Below, piece after piece: positions 33,835 through 42,520 of a stretch of DNA of 64,000 bases. Positions within the stretch are counted from its first letter, which is position 1, and the number at the start of each line of letters is the position of its first letter. Both the position numbers and the translations under genes were made by a program. The notes under the pieces were generated by a model, which saw nothing but the letters and a program-made list of their open reading frames with translations, did no database searches and had not been told where the DNA came from. The stretch lies in assembly GCA_002423385.1 (NCBI GenBank), contig DIVV01000217.1, forward strand, positions 8,781 to 72,780, read 5' to 3'. This DNA is from a bacterium UBP16_UBA6123 (GTDB taxonomy: Bacteria; Muiribacteriota; UBA9980).

Positions 33835-34503
33835 ATGAAAACATATAACGGGATTAAATTGCTGGGTTACCAAAGCGGGCGCCGGGGCGTGCTGCTGTTC
33901 GGTATAATAATGGTCATAGCGATACTCGGCATAGTTTATTTCAAGGGATTCACGCTTTTTAGCACCGAAAACAGGCGCGCGAGGGAGCATGAACTCGATT
34001 CGAGGCTTTCACAGATGCGCAAAGCGCTGGATATGGCTAAAAATAATGAAAATTTCAGGTCTGATTCAGATTTTGAAGGTCTCGACGAAAAAACTTCTTC
34101 GGATGACGTTCAGAAAAAATTAGTGGCCGCGCTTCGCAACAGCTCTACTTATCAGCGTAATAAAATGGATGCGAAGTCCGTTTATTTAAGGCAGGAATTC
34201 GACGCCCCGATGCTCGAGGTTGACGTAGATGAAAAACTTAATGTGGGATGGCGTATTGCCGTCAACCGCGTTAATTCGTCGAGCTTCGAAGGCGATAATT
34301 TCATGAAAATTTACAGGATTACGGAACAATCGAACGTGGCGCAGGTTAATCAATGGTGGTTCGCGACGACCACCGAAAACAGCCTTATTTCAATCAGAGC
34401 TGATTCCGATAAACCTTCTGAGTCCGATTATCCAGGTCAGCGCGACACTGCCGGCGCGAAGGGCAAATACGGCAAAAACGTACTGCAGATGAAAGTGAAG
34501 TAG
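33835..34503 (+). CDS. Hypothetical membrane-anchored protein (N-terminal TM helix, charged/coiled periplasmic or extracellular domain)
   Basis: GGAG 8 nt upstream of ATG. N-term RRGVLLFGIIMVIAILGIVYF is hydrophobic. No recognisable catalytic motif. It lies directly downstream of, and co-oriented with, the giant gene. Confidence 0.5.
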   Translation: MKTYNGIKLLGYQSGRRGVLLFGIIMVIAILGIVYFKGFTLFSTENRRAREHELDSRLSQMRKALDMAKNNENFRSDSDFEGLDEKTSSDDVQKKLVAALRNSSTYQRNKMDAKSVYLRQEFDAPMLEVDVDEKLNVGWRIAVNRVNSSSFEGDNFMKIYRITEQSNVAQVNQWWFATTTENSLISIRADSDKPSESDYPGQRDTAGAKGKYGKNVLQMKVK

Positions 34504-34533
34504 TATTCAAGACGGCCGCCACGTGCGTTTAAA

Positions 34534-34986
34534 ATGAGCGGCGCGTCGTATAAAAGGCGGTATTTAATGAGCTATTTATCTAAAGTCGAACTGCTTGAAA
34601 TTTTATATGATATGGATTCGCCGTCTAATGAAGGCTCGCTGCTCGTTCATGAAAGCAGGAGCGGCGAAGAGCTTTTATGCTGCGACGTCGATTGCGGCGA
34701 TCATCTTGATTTATTTAAAATAGGCGGGCATTACGAAGCTTTTTTCTCCACGTTCGGAATGATAACTCACGCAGACGAAGAAAACGCCGTGCCGAAAGTC
34801 GAAAAAAACCAGTTTCGCGGCGTAACGCGGTTAAACGCCACTATCATAGATATCAGGGATAACTGGTATATATGCGACGCCGGTTTTTATGTTTACGCCA
34901 TGTCGATAACCAATATAAGCGGCCTTAAAAAAGGCGACAGGGTAACGATAGCCGGCGGGCTCAGAGTCGATCTTATCGTTAAATAA
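34534..34986 (+). CDS. Hypothetical protein (150 aa)
   Basis: ORF follows the previous gene after 30 nt. No recognisable motifs. Convergent with buk, 10-nt gap, with a small palindrome taaact-atc-agttta at the junction. Confidence 0.4.
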   Translation: MSGASYKRRYLMSYLSKVELLEILYDMDSPSNEGSLLVHESRSGEELLCCDVDCGDHLDLFKIGGHYEAFFSTFGMITHADEENAVPKVEKNQFRGVTRLNATIIDIRDNWYICDAGFYVYAMSITNISGLKKGDRVTIAGGLRVDLIVK

Positions 34987-34995
34987 ACTATCAGT

Positions 34996-36069
34996 TTATT
35001 CTAATTTTTTCGCCTGTTCCTGCCCCGAAAGCACGCGATATGCGCCGGCAGCCATGGAAGCGAGTTCGTCTTCGCCGCCGAAGACCAGCACTTTTGAAAT
35101 GAATGAAACGCGCTGCTTGATTAATTCGACGAGCTTTTTAAAGCGCGCGAGGCCGCCGGTTAAAACGATGGCGTCAACCCTGCCGCGCAGTACCGTCGAC
35201 ATTCCGCCGATTTCCTTGCATACCTGGTGGCAGAGGCCGTGCATAACCATTTCGGCTTTTTTATCGCCCGCGGTGACCATGTCTTCGAATATTCTGCCGT
35301 CGTTAGTGTTCAGATAGGCTATGATTCCGCCTTTTTTCATAAACATTTCCTGGATTCGCTTTTTATCGTATTTGCCGCAGAAGCATATATTGATGAGCGC
35401 GCGCAGCGGAAGACCGCCCGTGCGGTCGATGGAAAATGGGCCTTCGTCGTAAGCGTTGTTTACATCGATCATTTTGCCCTGATCGTGCGCGGTGACAGAT
35501 ACTCCCGAGCCTAAATGCGCTATTACCATATTCAATTTATCGTAAGGCGCGCCCAGTTCTTTAGCGGCAAGGCGCCCGACGGCTTTAATGTTGAGCGCGT
35601 GCGACAGGCTTTCGCGCTCGATTATCGGATGGCCGCTCACGCGCGCTTCGTCGCACATTTCATCCACGCATACCGGATCGACTATAAAAACGTTTTTAAC
35701 CGTTTCGCCGGCGAGATTTTTCGCGATCAGACCGCCTAATATCGATACGTGCAGGACGGAGTATTTAGTTTTAAGCTCCTCGACCATTTTTTCCTCGATT
35801 ATATAAGTGCCGGAAGCCAGAGAGCGTATGGGGCCGCCGCGGCCTACTATCGCCGATAATTCGGTTACCGCGACTTTATGTTCGGTTAAAAACTTTTTAA
35901 CCATATTGGTGCGGTAGTCGAGCTGATCGAATATGCATTCGAATTCTTGAATTTCAGAATCTGGATGGCTTATGTTTTTTTCGGATATTTTTTCTTCGTT
36001 TTTATAAAGTCCTACTTTAGTAGAAGTGGACCCGGGATTGATGGTTAATATTAAATGATTTGACTCCAT
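34996..36069 (-). CDS. buk: Butyrate kinase
   Basis: N-term ILTINPGSTSTKVGLY is the acetate/butyrate kinase ASKHA phosphate-1 motif. Length 357 aa. Adjacent to the ptb homolog. Confidence 0.9.
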   Translation of the reverse strand: MESNHLILTINPGSTSTKVGLYKNEEKISEKNISHPDSEIQEFECIFDQLDYRTNMVKKFLTEHKVAVTELSAIVGRGGPIRSLASGTYIIEEKMVEELKTKYSVLHVSILGGLIAKNLAGETVKNVFIVDPVCVDEMCDEARVSGHPIIERESLSHALNIKAVGRLAAKELGAPYDKLNMVIAHLGSGVSVTAHDQGKMIDVNNAYDEGPFSIDRTGGLPLRALINICFCGKYDKKRIQEMFMKKGGIIAYLNTNDGRIFEDMVTAGDKKAEMVMHGLCHQVCKEIGGMSTVLRGRVDAIVLTGGLARFKKLVELIKQRVSFISKVLVFGGEDELASMAAGAYRVLSGQEQAKKLE

Positions 36070-36211
36070 GACTACTCCTTAATTATTATATTTATATTTA
36101 TACTTATTTTATATTTATTCAAAATTTTTAACTGTCTATCATTAATTGTTAACTATTATAATCTATATTAATTTATGTTTATCCGCCTGTTTGTTAATCT
36201 TAGTCTTGCGT

Positions 36212-37243
36212 TTAATTAAAGATTGAAAGCAGTGCGCCTAAGGCCATTGAATTTAATTTTGTATTGAAATTATCCGCGCGGGAGAGCATTATAACCGGTT
36301 TTGACGTACCGCAGATAATTCCCGCCGACTGCGAATCGGTAAAATATAAAAGCGATTTACCGAGAAGGTTGCCCGTTTCTATATTCGGAACTATTAATAT
36401 ATCGGCGGGGCCGTCGAAATTTAATTTGATGTCATTTTTGGCGGCGGCTTCGGGTGAAATCGCCGCGTCTAAAGTGATCGGCCCGCTTATGGCGGCGGGC
36501 GAACCGTCGATGAATAATTTTAGATCGTCTCTTACGGCCGCCATGGCGACGGATGACTTTAAAAGCGGATCGGGCCGGTTGAAAGCGGATATCAGAGCTG
36601 TTTTCGGGATTCGACCGCAAATTTTGTAAAACGCGTCGACGGCGTTTTCGGTTATATGGCAAAACTCTTCGTAACCCGGATATAAATTCATCCCGCCGTC
36701 TGATATCATTTTAATATTGCCTGTGACGGGGCATTCGAATACCTGTATGTGCGAAAGAAGTTTCGATTTTCTAAGACCGCTCTGTTTATCCAGAACGGCT
36801 TTTAAAAACATTCCGGTCGATAGATGCCCTTTCATAAGTATCTGGGCGCGTCCGCCCCGGACAGCCTCTGTAGCGAGTGCGGCGGCTTCGCGTTCGCAAG
36901 TCGTGTCGATAATTTCGATACCGGAAATATCGACTTTATATTCATCCGCGGCTTTTTTTATTTTATCGGCGTTATCGAAAAATATAAAATCGAGAATGTT
37001 TTCGCTGCCGGCTATTTCGGCCGATTTTAAAACGGCTTCATCCGCGGCGCAGACGACCGCGACTTTTTGTTTCGGCCTGGATTTAATATAATCGAGAACG
37101 GCTTTGAAATTATTGCGCGTGCCGCCCGCGGTGCTTTGCATCATAACTACCCCCGTTATTGCCTGTTTGTATTTTTGGGTTATTATATTTCTATTTATAA
37201 TTGTGTCAACTGTTATATTATCAGGTAATCGATTTTGAATCAC
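36212..37243 (-). CDS. ptb: Phosphate butyryltransferase / phosphate acyltransferase (PTA_PTB family)
   Basis: …KVAVVCAADEAVLKSAEIA…GHLSTGMFLKAVLDK… is PTA_PTB-like. Upstream of buk on the same strand, the classic ptb-buk operon. The true start is probably the internal Met at nt 37144 (MMQST…), giving ~310 aa. Confidence 0.85.
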   Translation of the reverse strand: MIQNRLPDNITVDTIINRNIITQKYKQAITGVVMMQSTAGGTRNNFKAVLDYIKSRPKQKVAVVCAADEAVLKSAEIAGSENILDFIFFDNADKIKKAADEYKVDISGIEIIDTTCEREAAALATEAVRGGRAQILMKGHLSTGMFLKAVLDKQSGLRKSKLLSHIQVFECPVTGNIKMISDGGMNLYPGYEEFCHITENAVDAFYKICGRIPKTALISAFNRPDPLLKSSVAMAAVRDDLKLFIDGSPAAISGPITLDAAISPEAAAKNDIKLNFDGPADILIVPNIETGNLLGKSLLYFTDSQSAGIICGTSKPVIMLSRADNFNTKLNSMALGALLSIFN

Positions 37244-37518
37244 CGGACCAGGTTATTTATATTTGAATCGTTTATAAAAAAAGATGAAATTATTAAAAAG
37301 AGAAAAGGCAGCAAAATTATAGCCATCAGGATAAGGTAAATAATGGCTTTTTTCGCTGCTTGAAACATTTGATAGGCTATCAGCAGCATTATAATCAATA
37401 TTATGCCGTTTAAAATATTAACCGACATAAAATTCATTCCGAGCTGCCTTAAATAAAGCACGACTGAAAATATTAATTCGTTATACTGCGAGGCAAAAGT
37501 TTTAAGTATTGCGCTCAT
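37240..37518 (-). CDS. Small hydrophobic membrane protein (hypothetical)
   Basis: 92 aa with two or three predicted TM segments. Overlaps neighbours by 4 nt on both sides (operonic). Confidence 0.4.
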   Translation of the reverse strand: MSAILKTFASQYNELIFSVVLYLRQLGMNFMSVNILNGIILIIMLLIAYQMFQAAKKAIIYLILMAIILLPFLFLIISSFFINDSNINNLVR

Positions 37519-37970
37519 AATTCATCAACCTCTGTTTTTTTATTTGTTCTAAGCACTATCCAATCGGAATTTTGAGATTCGCGGTAGCGCATAACGCTGA
37601 AGGGTTTTAGTTTTTCGTTGTCAACGTTTACTTCCCGCTCTATCGATATTATCATTTCATCGGCCGATACTTTCGAAGCGTCGTATCCGATCTCCGCGAA
37701 GCGGTTGGATGTGTAAGTTTTTATCGATAAAATACCGGGCAGTTCGTCGAGCCATTTTGCGAAGGTTTTCGAAGTGCCCAGGCAGACGACGCCGTTGACT
37801 TCGAACTCGGCGGTTTTATAATCGGCGGCCGTAGCGGATTTGATCAGTTCTTCATTTGCATGGTAATAAGTCGGCATCCTGAAAAACCATGCAAAATAAG
37901 AGCACGCCGAGAAAATCAGGACGATGAATATCGGTATTATAATTGGATTAACGCCGGATTCCGGTTTCAT
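37515..37970 (-). CDS. Membrane-anchored hypothetical protein with possible HMA-like (ferredoxin-fold) domain
   Basis: N-terminal TM helix. FEVNGVVCLGTSKTFAKWLDELPGILSIKTY…GYDASKVSADEMIISIE resembles a heavy-metal-associated-like fold with a single Cys. Confidence 0.4.
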   Translation of the reverse strand: MKPESGVNPIIIPIFIVLIFSACSYFAWFFRMPTYYHANEELIKSATAADYKTAEFEVNGVVCLGTSKTFAKWLDELPGILSIKTYTSNRFAEIGYDASKVSADEMIISIEREVNVDNEKLKPFSVMRYRESQNSDWIVLRTNKKTEVDEL

Positions 37971-37973
37971 AAT

Positions 37974-38732
37974 TTAAAACCCTATCTTTAAAGAATTATT
38001 TTTGCCGCAGGCTGAAATGCAGTTTAAGCACATAGTGCAGCCGCGCTTATCGATTTTAACGGTTTCGGAAATTTTAATTTCATTAGGGCAGGCGTCGTCG
38101 CAGAGTTTGCAGTTAACGCAGGTTTTTTCGTCGCGGTATATTTTAAAAACGGTGCGTATATTAAATAAATTCAAAAAAGCGCCGAATGGGCATAGCGTTC
38201 GGCAGAAGCCGAGTTTAATAAAAAAAGTCATCAGCAGGGCATTTGCGAGTATAAAATAGCTGAGCGTTTCGGTGGTGTGGCCGTGAAGCCCGAAAGCCGT
38301 AAAGTAAGGGCAGTAAGGCCGGAACACGAGATCGTAATTTTGATAGGTCACGACGACAATAACTATAAGCAATATATACTTAATGGAATATAAAGGTTTT
38401 AATATATTCGCGCTTAATGGTTTATATTCAGCAAAACGCCCGCGCAGCGAAGTTAATAATTCATTGACCGCGCCGAGCGGACAAACCCATGAGCAGAAAA
38501 CGCGTTTGAAAAATATGGTTAAAATTAAAACGCCGGCGAGTATCGAATAGTTGAATTCGTTCACGGCGCAGGGAAATTTCGCGGTTTTTACGAAAAGCGC
38601 CATCGTTTCAACTGCCCCGAACGGACAGTAAGTTTCACAGTTTTTATAAGAGGCGCCGAGTGAAAACAAAACGGCGTGATATAATATCAATTCTATGAAA
38701 AACAGTTGGAATAAAAATCTTATAGTCCGCAT
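37974..38732 (-). CDS. Membrane-bound 4Fe-4S polyferredoxin (NapH/MauN/CcoG-like)
   Basis: CETYCPFGAVE and CSWVCPLGAVNELL (CxxxCP membrane motifs), plus C-terminal CVNCKLCDDACP and CTMCLNCISAC 4Fe-4S ferredoxin motifs. Multiple TM segments. Confidence 0.7.
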   Translation of the reverse strand: MRTIRFLFQLFFIELILYHAVLFSLGASYKNCETYCPFGAVETMALFVKTAKFPCAVNEFNYSILAGVLILTIFFKRVFCSWVCPLGAVNELLTSLRGRFAEYKPLSANILKPLYSIKYILLIVIVVVTYQNYDLVFRPYCPYFTAFGLHGHTTETLSYFILANALLMTFFIKLGFCRTLCPFGAFLNLFNIRTVFKIYRDEKTCVNCKLCDDACPNEIKISETVKIDKRGCTMCLNCISACGKNNSLKIGF

Positions 38733-38748
38733 TATATCACACCGCCGG

Positions 38749-38795
38749 TTAAGTTAAGTTAAGTTAAGTTGAGTTAAGTTAAGTTAAGTTAAGTT
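38749..38795. repeat. Pentanucleotide microsatellite (AAGTT)9 on + strand = (AACTT)n on the gene strand
   Basis: gtt-aagtt-aagtt-aagtt-aagtt-gagtt-aagtt-aagtt-aagtt-aagtt fills essentially the whole 62-nt gap between the stop of the 38795..39289 gene and the start (38732) of the polyferredoxin gene. Confidence 0.9.
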
Positions 38796-39289
38796 TATTT
38801 AGCTGATTTTTCTATGTTTAAACCTATCGATTCGAGGTATTCGATTTTTTCTTTTTCGCCGCCCGCGGCTATTTTGACCCATAATTCGGAAGCTATATCA
38901 ATAAGCTGGCAGTCTTGATTTTTTTTATTTTCGATTTTAAATTTCGCGGAGAAATCGGCGGCGAGTTTTTCTAAGAGTTTTTTATCGCCTTTTATTTTAA
39001 TTATGACCGTTTTAGCGGTTGCGCGCGAGACGGCTGCCAGGGCCGAAAATTCGGTTTTAACCGCGCCAGCGGATGATGTTGCGCCAGACGTTTTAGCGCC
39101 GTCGGCCGTAAAATTCAAGCTCTCCGTCCGGGCAGCCGGAGAATCGCCGCAACTGCCGCCGGCTTTAGCTTCGCTGCATACTTTTTTTGACGCGCATCCG
39201 TCGCACGACGAGGAGGCGAGCGCAATGCCGGTAAAAGAGCATGATAGAACCGCAATAATGATTATCGATAAAACAAGGTTTTTTGCCAT
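38795..39289 (-). CDS. Secreted/lipoprotein-like hypothetical protein
   Basis: Signal-peptide-like N-term MAKNLVLSIIIIAVLSCSFTGIALA followed by Cys/Gly/Ala/Ser-rich segment. 164 aa. Confidence 0.5.
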   Translation of the reverse strand: MAKNLVLSIIIIAVLSCSFTGIALASSSCDGCASKKVCSEAKAGGSCGDSPAARTESLNFTADGAKTSGATSSAGAVKTEFSALAAVSRATAKTVIIKIKGDKKLLEKLAADFSAKFKIENKKNQDCQLIDIASELWVKIAAGGEKEKIEYLESIGLNIEKSAK

Positions 39290-39442
39290 AGATAGATTAC
39301 CCTCCGTTAATATTGTAATATTGTATATTTATTATTTTTTTGCGTTTCGTTGAACGTGTACCATTATATAATAACGACGGCGTTAATGTCAAGAAAAAAG
39401 GCGTGCCGTGTTTGGGGATAAAGTTATTCGCCGCGCCTGAAG

Positions 39443-40612
39443 TTAACGTGAGATTTTTAAGGAGCTCAGACGGCCGGCCGCCGCGGCGAGCGTTTCTTCT
39501 TTTTTGCAGAAGGCGAATCGGACGAGCTTTTCGCCGTGCCGCTTGTTAAAATAAAACGCGGTCGGCGGTATGGCGGCTACTTTAATTTGTGAGGCAAGAT
39601 ATTTACAGAATTCCACGTCGTTGGTGAAGCCGAAATTCGTAAAATCAGCCATTATAAAGTAAGAACCTTTCGGCATTACTATTTTAAAGCCGCAATCGGT
39701 AAGAGTTTTAGCCATCATGTCGCGTTTTTTAGTATAAAATTCTATTAATTCTTTATAAAAGGAATCCGGCGCCTCGAACCCCTTTACCATGGCATGCTGA
39801 AAAGGAGTAGCCACGGCGAATATTACGTATTGATGCGCCGTGCGAACGGCGGCGCATATAGGCGCGGGCGCGCATACGGTGCCGATTTTCCAGCCGGTCA
39901 TGCTGAAAGTTTTGCCAGTCGAAGATATCGTTACGGTGCGCTCGAACATTCCTTCGATAGAGGCCGTCGGTATGTGTTTTTCGCCGTCGAATGTCAAATG
40001 CTCGTAAACTTCGTCGGAGATGACGGTTAAATCGTGTTTAACCGCGATTTTAGCCAGCGTTTCCAGCTCGGCGCGAGAAAAGACCTTGCCGCTCGGATTG
40101 TGGGGCGTGTTAATTATTATCATGCGCGTTTTATTGTTTATCAGCGATTCGAGTTTTTCGAAGTCGATTTTGAAATCGGGAAATTCGAGCGTCAGGTAGC
40201 GGCAGAGGCCGCCGGCCATGGTGACGGCTACCGGATAGCTGTCATAATAAGGTTCCATTATTATAACTTCGTCGCCGGAGTTTATAATAGATATTATCGT
40301 GGTGAATATGGCCTCGGTCGCCCCTGCCAGTATTGAAATTTCGGTGTCCGGGTTATACGACAGGCCGTAAAATTTATTGTATTTATCGGCTATGGCCTTT
40401 CTTAAGGCGGGAACGCCGAATGTGTTGGCGTACTGGTTATGCCCGGCGTTTATAGCCTCACAGGCGGCCTGCTTTATGAATTCGGGGCCGTCGAAGTCGG
40501 GGAACCCCTGTGAAAGGTTGATGGCGTTGTTTTCAAGTGCCATTTTAGTCATTTCGGCGAATATGGAACTGCCGAAAGGCTGAAGTTTCGAAGTTAAATA
40601 GTTTTTAGACAT
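39443..40612 (-). CDS. PLP-dependent aminotransferase, class I/II (methionine/kynurenine aminotransferase-like)
   Basis: …INLSQGFPDFDGP…, …NPHNPSGKVFS… and the SxxGKTFxxTGWKIG Lys-containing PLP motif (ISSTGKTFSMTGWKIG). 389 aa. Confidence 0.85.
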   Translation of the reverse strand: MSKNYLTSKLQPFGSSIFAEMTKMALENNAINLSQGFPDFDGPEFIKQAACEAINAGHNQYANTFGVPALRKAIADKYNKFYGLSYNPDTEISILAGATEAIFTTIISIINSGDEVIIMEPYYDSYPVAVTMAGGLCRYLTLEFPDFKIDFEKLESLINNKTRMIIINTPHNPSGKVFSRAELETLAKIAVKHDLTVISDEVYEHLTFDGEKHIPTASIEGMFERTVTISSTGKTFSMTGWKIGTVCAPAPICAAVRTAHQYVIFAVATPFQHAMVKGFEAPDSFYKELIEFYTKKRDMMAKTLTDCGFKIVMPKGSYFIMADFTNFGFTNDVEFCKYLASQIKVAAIPPTAFYFNKRHGEKLVRFAFCKKEETLAAAAGRLSSLKISR

Positions 40613-40641
40613 TTTAAAAACTCCTTTATAGCTATTTGTTC

Positions 40642-42495
40642 TTAAATTTTATCGTTTGGTTGAAGGTTTTTATCCGCGCCGTGAAGATAATCATAAATTA
40701 AGCGCGCTATGGGTTTGGTTATATTGCTTACTAAGGCGAGTTCGTCAACGCTGGCGGCCCGGATGCGTTCTATGGTTTCGAAATGATCATAAAGGGCCGA
40801 TATTCTGTTTTTGCCGAGACCCTTAATTTCAGCCAGCAGCGAAAGAGTCATTTTGCCTTTACGCAGTTTTTTGTGGTAGCTGATGGCGAAGCGGTGCGCC
40901 TCGTCGCGAATGCGCATTAAAAGATATTGACCCTGTGATTTTTTATTTAAAAATACGGGCACGGAATTGGCCGGTTCGTATATGTCTTCGTTTTGTTTGG
41001 CTATGGAGCACAGCGCGACTTTAGCGTTCAGGCCGAGGGCGCTCATCGCCTCGCAGGCAGCCGATAAATGCCCGATTCCGCCGTCGATCATTACAAGATC
41101 GGGCAGCGTCTGCCCTTCGTTAAGCGCCCTTGTAAAGCGCCGCCGCAGGACTTCTTTCATCATCATATAATCGTCTATTTTATCGACGGTTTTAATTTTG
41201 AATTTTCTATATTCTGATTTTTGCATGCTTCCGTTAATAGCCACGACCATGGAGCCGACGGCGAGAGTGCCTGATATGTTTGAAATATCGTAACATTCGA
41301 TGCGTTCGGGAAGAGATTTTAATTTTAGAGCGTCGCGGATCTCCGATAAAGCCTTTTGCGATTTGATGCTTTTAGCGGCGGCTTCGGCTTCTTTAATTTT
41401 GAGGGTATTGAGCGCGTTACGATGAGCCATGGCTATAAGCTCGCTTTGATTCGAATCGTAGGCGCATATAAATTCAGGTTTTTTACCGCCGGCGTTTTCG
41501 AAAATGCCGCCTATAAACGTTTTGGTTTCGGCGGACGGCGCGCTCGAAGTTATTATTTCGTCGGGCGTCTGGTTTTCGTTCGGATAGCAGCGGATGATAA
41601 ATTCGTCTATTAAAGCGCCGCCGATGAGCTTATCGCCTTCTATAACAAAAGAGCTGTGGCCGAGAAGCACGCCGCGCCGCACGCAGAATACTTCGATTAC
41701 ATCGATTAGAGAGCCGCGCGCCTCTACTATTATGTCGCGGTCTAAAAGATCGGCGCATACTATATTTTGTTTTTTCGATATATTTTCGACGGCTTTTATC
41801 TGATCTCGTATGGCTGCGGCTTTTTCAAAATTAAACGCCGCTGCGGCTTTTTTCATTTTATCGCCGAGGTTTGCGATCTGGCCTTCATAATTGCCGCGGA
41901 TAAAATCCCGTACCATGGCGACTATATTCAAATATTCGATTTCACTTATATATCTTACGCACGGCGCCGCGCAGCGGCCTATGTGATATTGAAGACACGG
42001 CTTTTTGCGGGGCGCCGAAAGATTTAAATTGCAGGAGCGTATATTGTATATATCCTGAGCGAGTTTTATTATGACGCGCACCGACCATTGATCGCTGTAA
42101 GGGCCGAAATATTCGGCGCCGTCTTTTTCCACTTTGCGCGAGAGTATGGCGCGCGGCCAGTCTTCGTTAACGGTCAGCTTGATGAACGGATAGGTTTTAT
42201 CGTCTTTAAACATTATATTGTAGCGGGGCCTGTGCTTTTTTATAAGCGAGTTTTCAAGTATAAAGGCCTCGTGTTCGCTCGAAGTTATGATATATTCGAT
42301 ATCGTCGATATTAGAAACGAGCGCCGCCGTTTTAGCGTCGTGCTCGGCGGCGTTCATAAAGTATGACTTGACACGGTTTTTAAGATTTTTAGCCTTGCCC
42401 GTATAAATTACCGCGCCGTTTTGCGCTTTCATAAGATAAACGCCCGGCTTTTCGGGAAGCGACGATAAAATATCATGTATTTTAGAACTTATCAT
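40642..42495 (-). CDS. uvrC: Excinuclease ABC subunit C
   Basis: GIY-YIG N-term (GVYLMKAQNGAVIYTGKAKNLKNRVKSYF), UvrBC motif, C-terminal RNase H-like endonuclease and (HhH)2 region. 617 aa. Confidence 0.95.
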   Translation of the reverse strand: MISSKIHDILSSLPEKPGVYLMKAQNGAVIYTGKAKNLKNRVKSYFMNAAEHDAKTAALVSNIDDIEYIITSSEHEAFILENSLIKKHRPRYNIMFKDDKTYPFIKLTVNEDWPRAILSRKVEKDGAEYFGPYSDQWSVRVIIKLAQDIYNIRSCNLNLSAPRKKPCLQYHIGRCAAPCVRYISEIEYLNIVAMVRDFIRGNYEGQIANLGDKMKKAAAAFNFEKAAAIRDQIKAVENISKKQNIVCADLLDRDIIVEARGSLIDVIEVFCVRRGVLLGHSSFVIEGDKLIGGALIDEFIIRCYPNENQTPDEIITSSAPSAETKTFIGGIFENAGGKKPEFICAYDSNQSELIAMAHRNALNTLKIKEAEAAAKSIKSQKALSEIRDALKLKSLPERIECYDISNISGTLAVGSMVVAINGSMQKSEYRKFKIKTVDKIDDYMMMKEVLRRRFTRALNEGQTLPDLVMIDGGIGHLSAACEAMSALGLNAKVALCSIAKQNEDIYEPANSVPVFLNKKSQGQYLLMRIRDEAHRFAISYHKKLRKGKMTLSLLAEIKGLGKNRISALYDHFETIERIRAASVDELALVSNITKPIARLIYDYLHGADKNLQPNDKI

Positions 42496-42520
42496 TTAAT
42501 CTGCCTGTATTCAGTTACTA

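Noticed and set aside
33835-33990. Possible type IV prepilin signal in the 222-aa protein (motif KGFTLF after the TM helix)
   Set aside because: The G-F-T-L motif lies after, not before, the hydrophobic helix, and Glu is at +8 rather than +5 relative to the putative cleavage site. This is inconsistent with prepilin peptidase substrates and likely coincidental.
38725-38745. Extended -10 box TGTGATATAAT on the minus strand at the polyferredoxin start
   Set aside because: The TATAAT hexamer overlaps the annotated ATG itself, so it cannot drive that start codon. It is either coincidental AT-rich sequence or the real translation start is elsewhere, so it is not called as a promoter.
38749-38795. 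Whether the (AAGTT)n array could be a CRISPR-like array
   Set aside because: The units are 5 nt with no spacers, so this is a simple microsatellite and not a CRISPR array. No cas genes are in the window.
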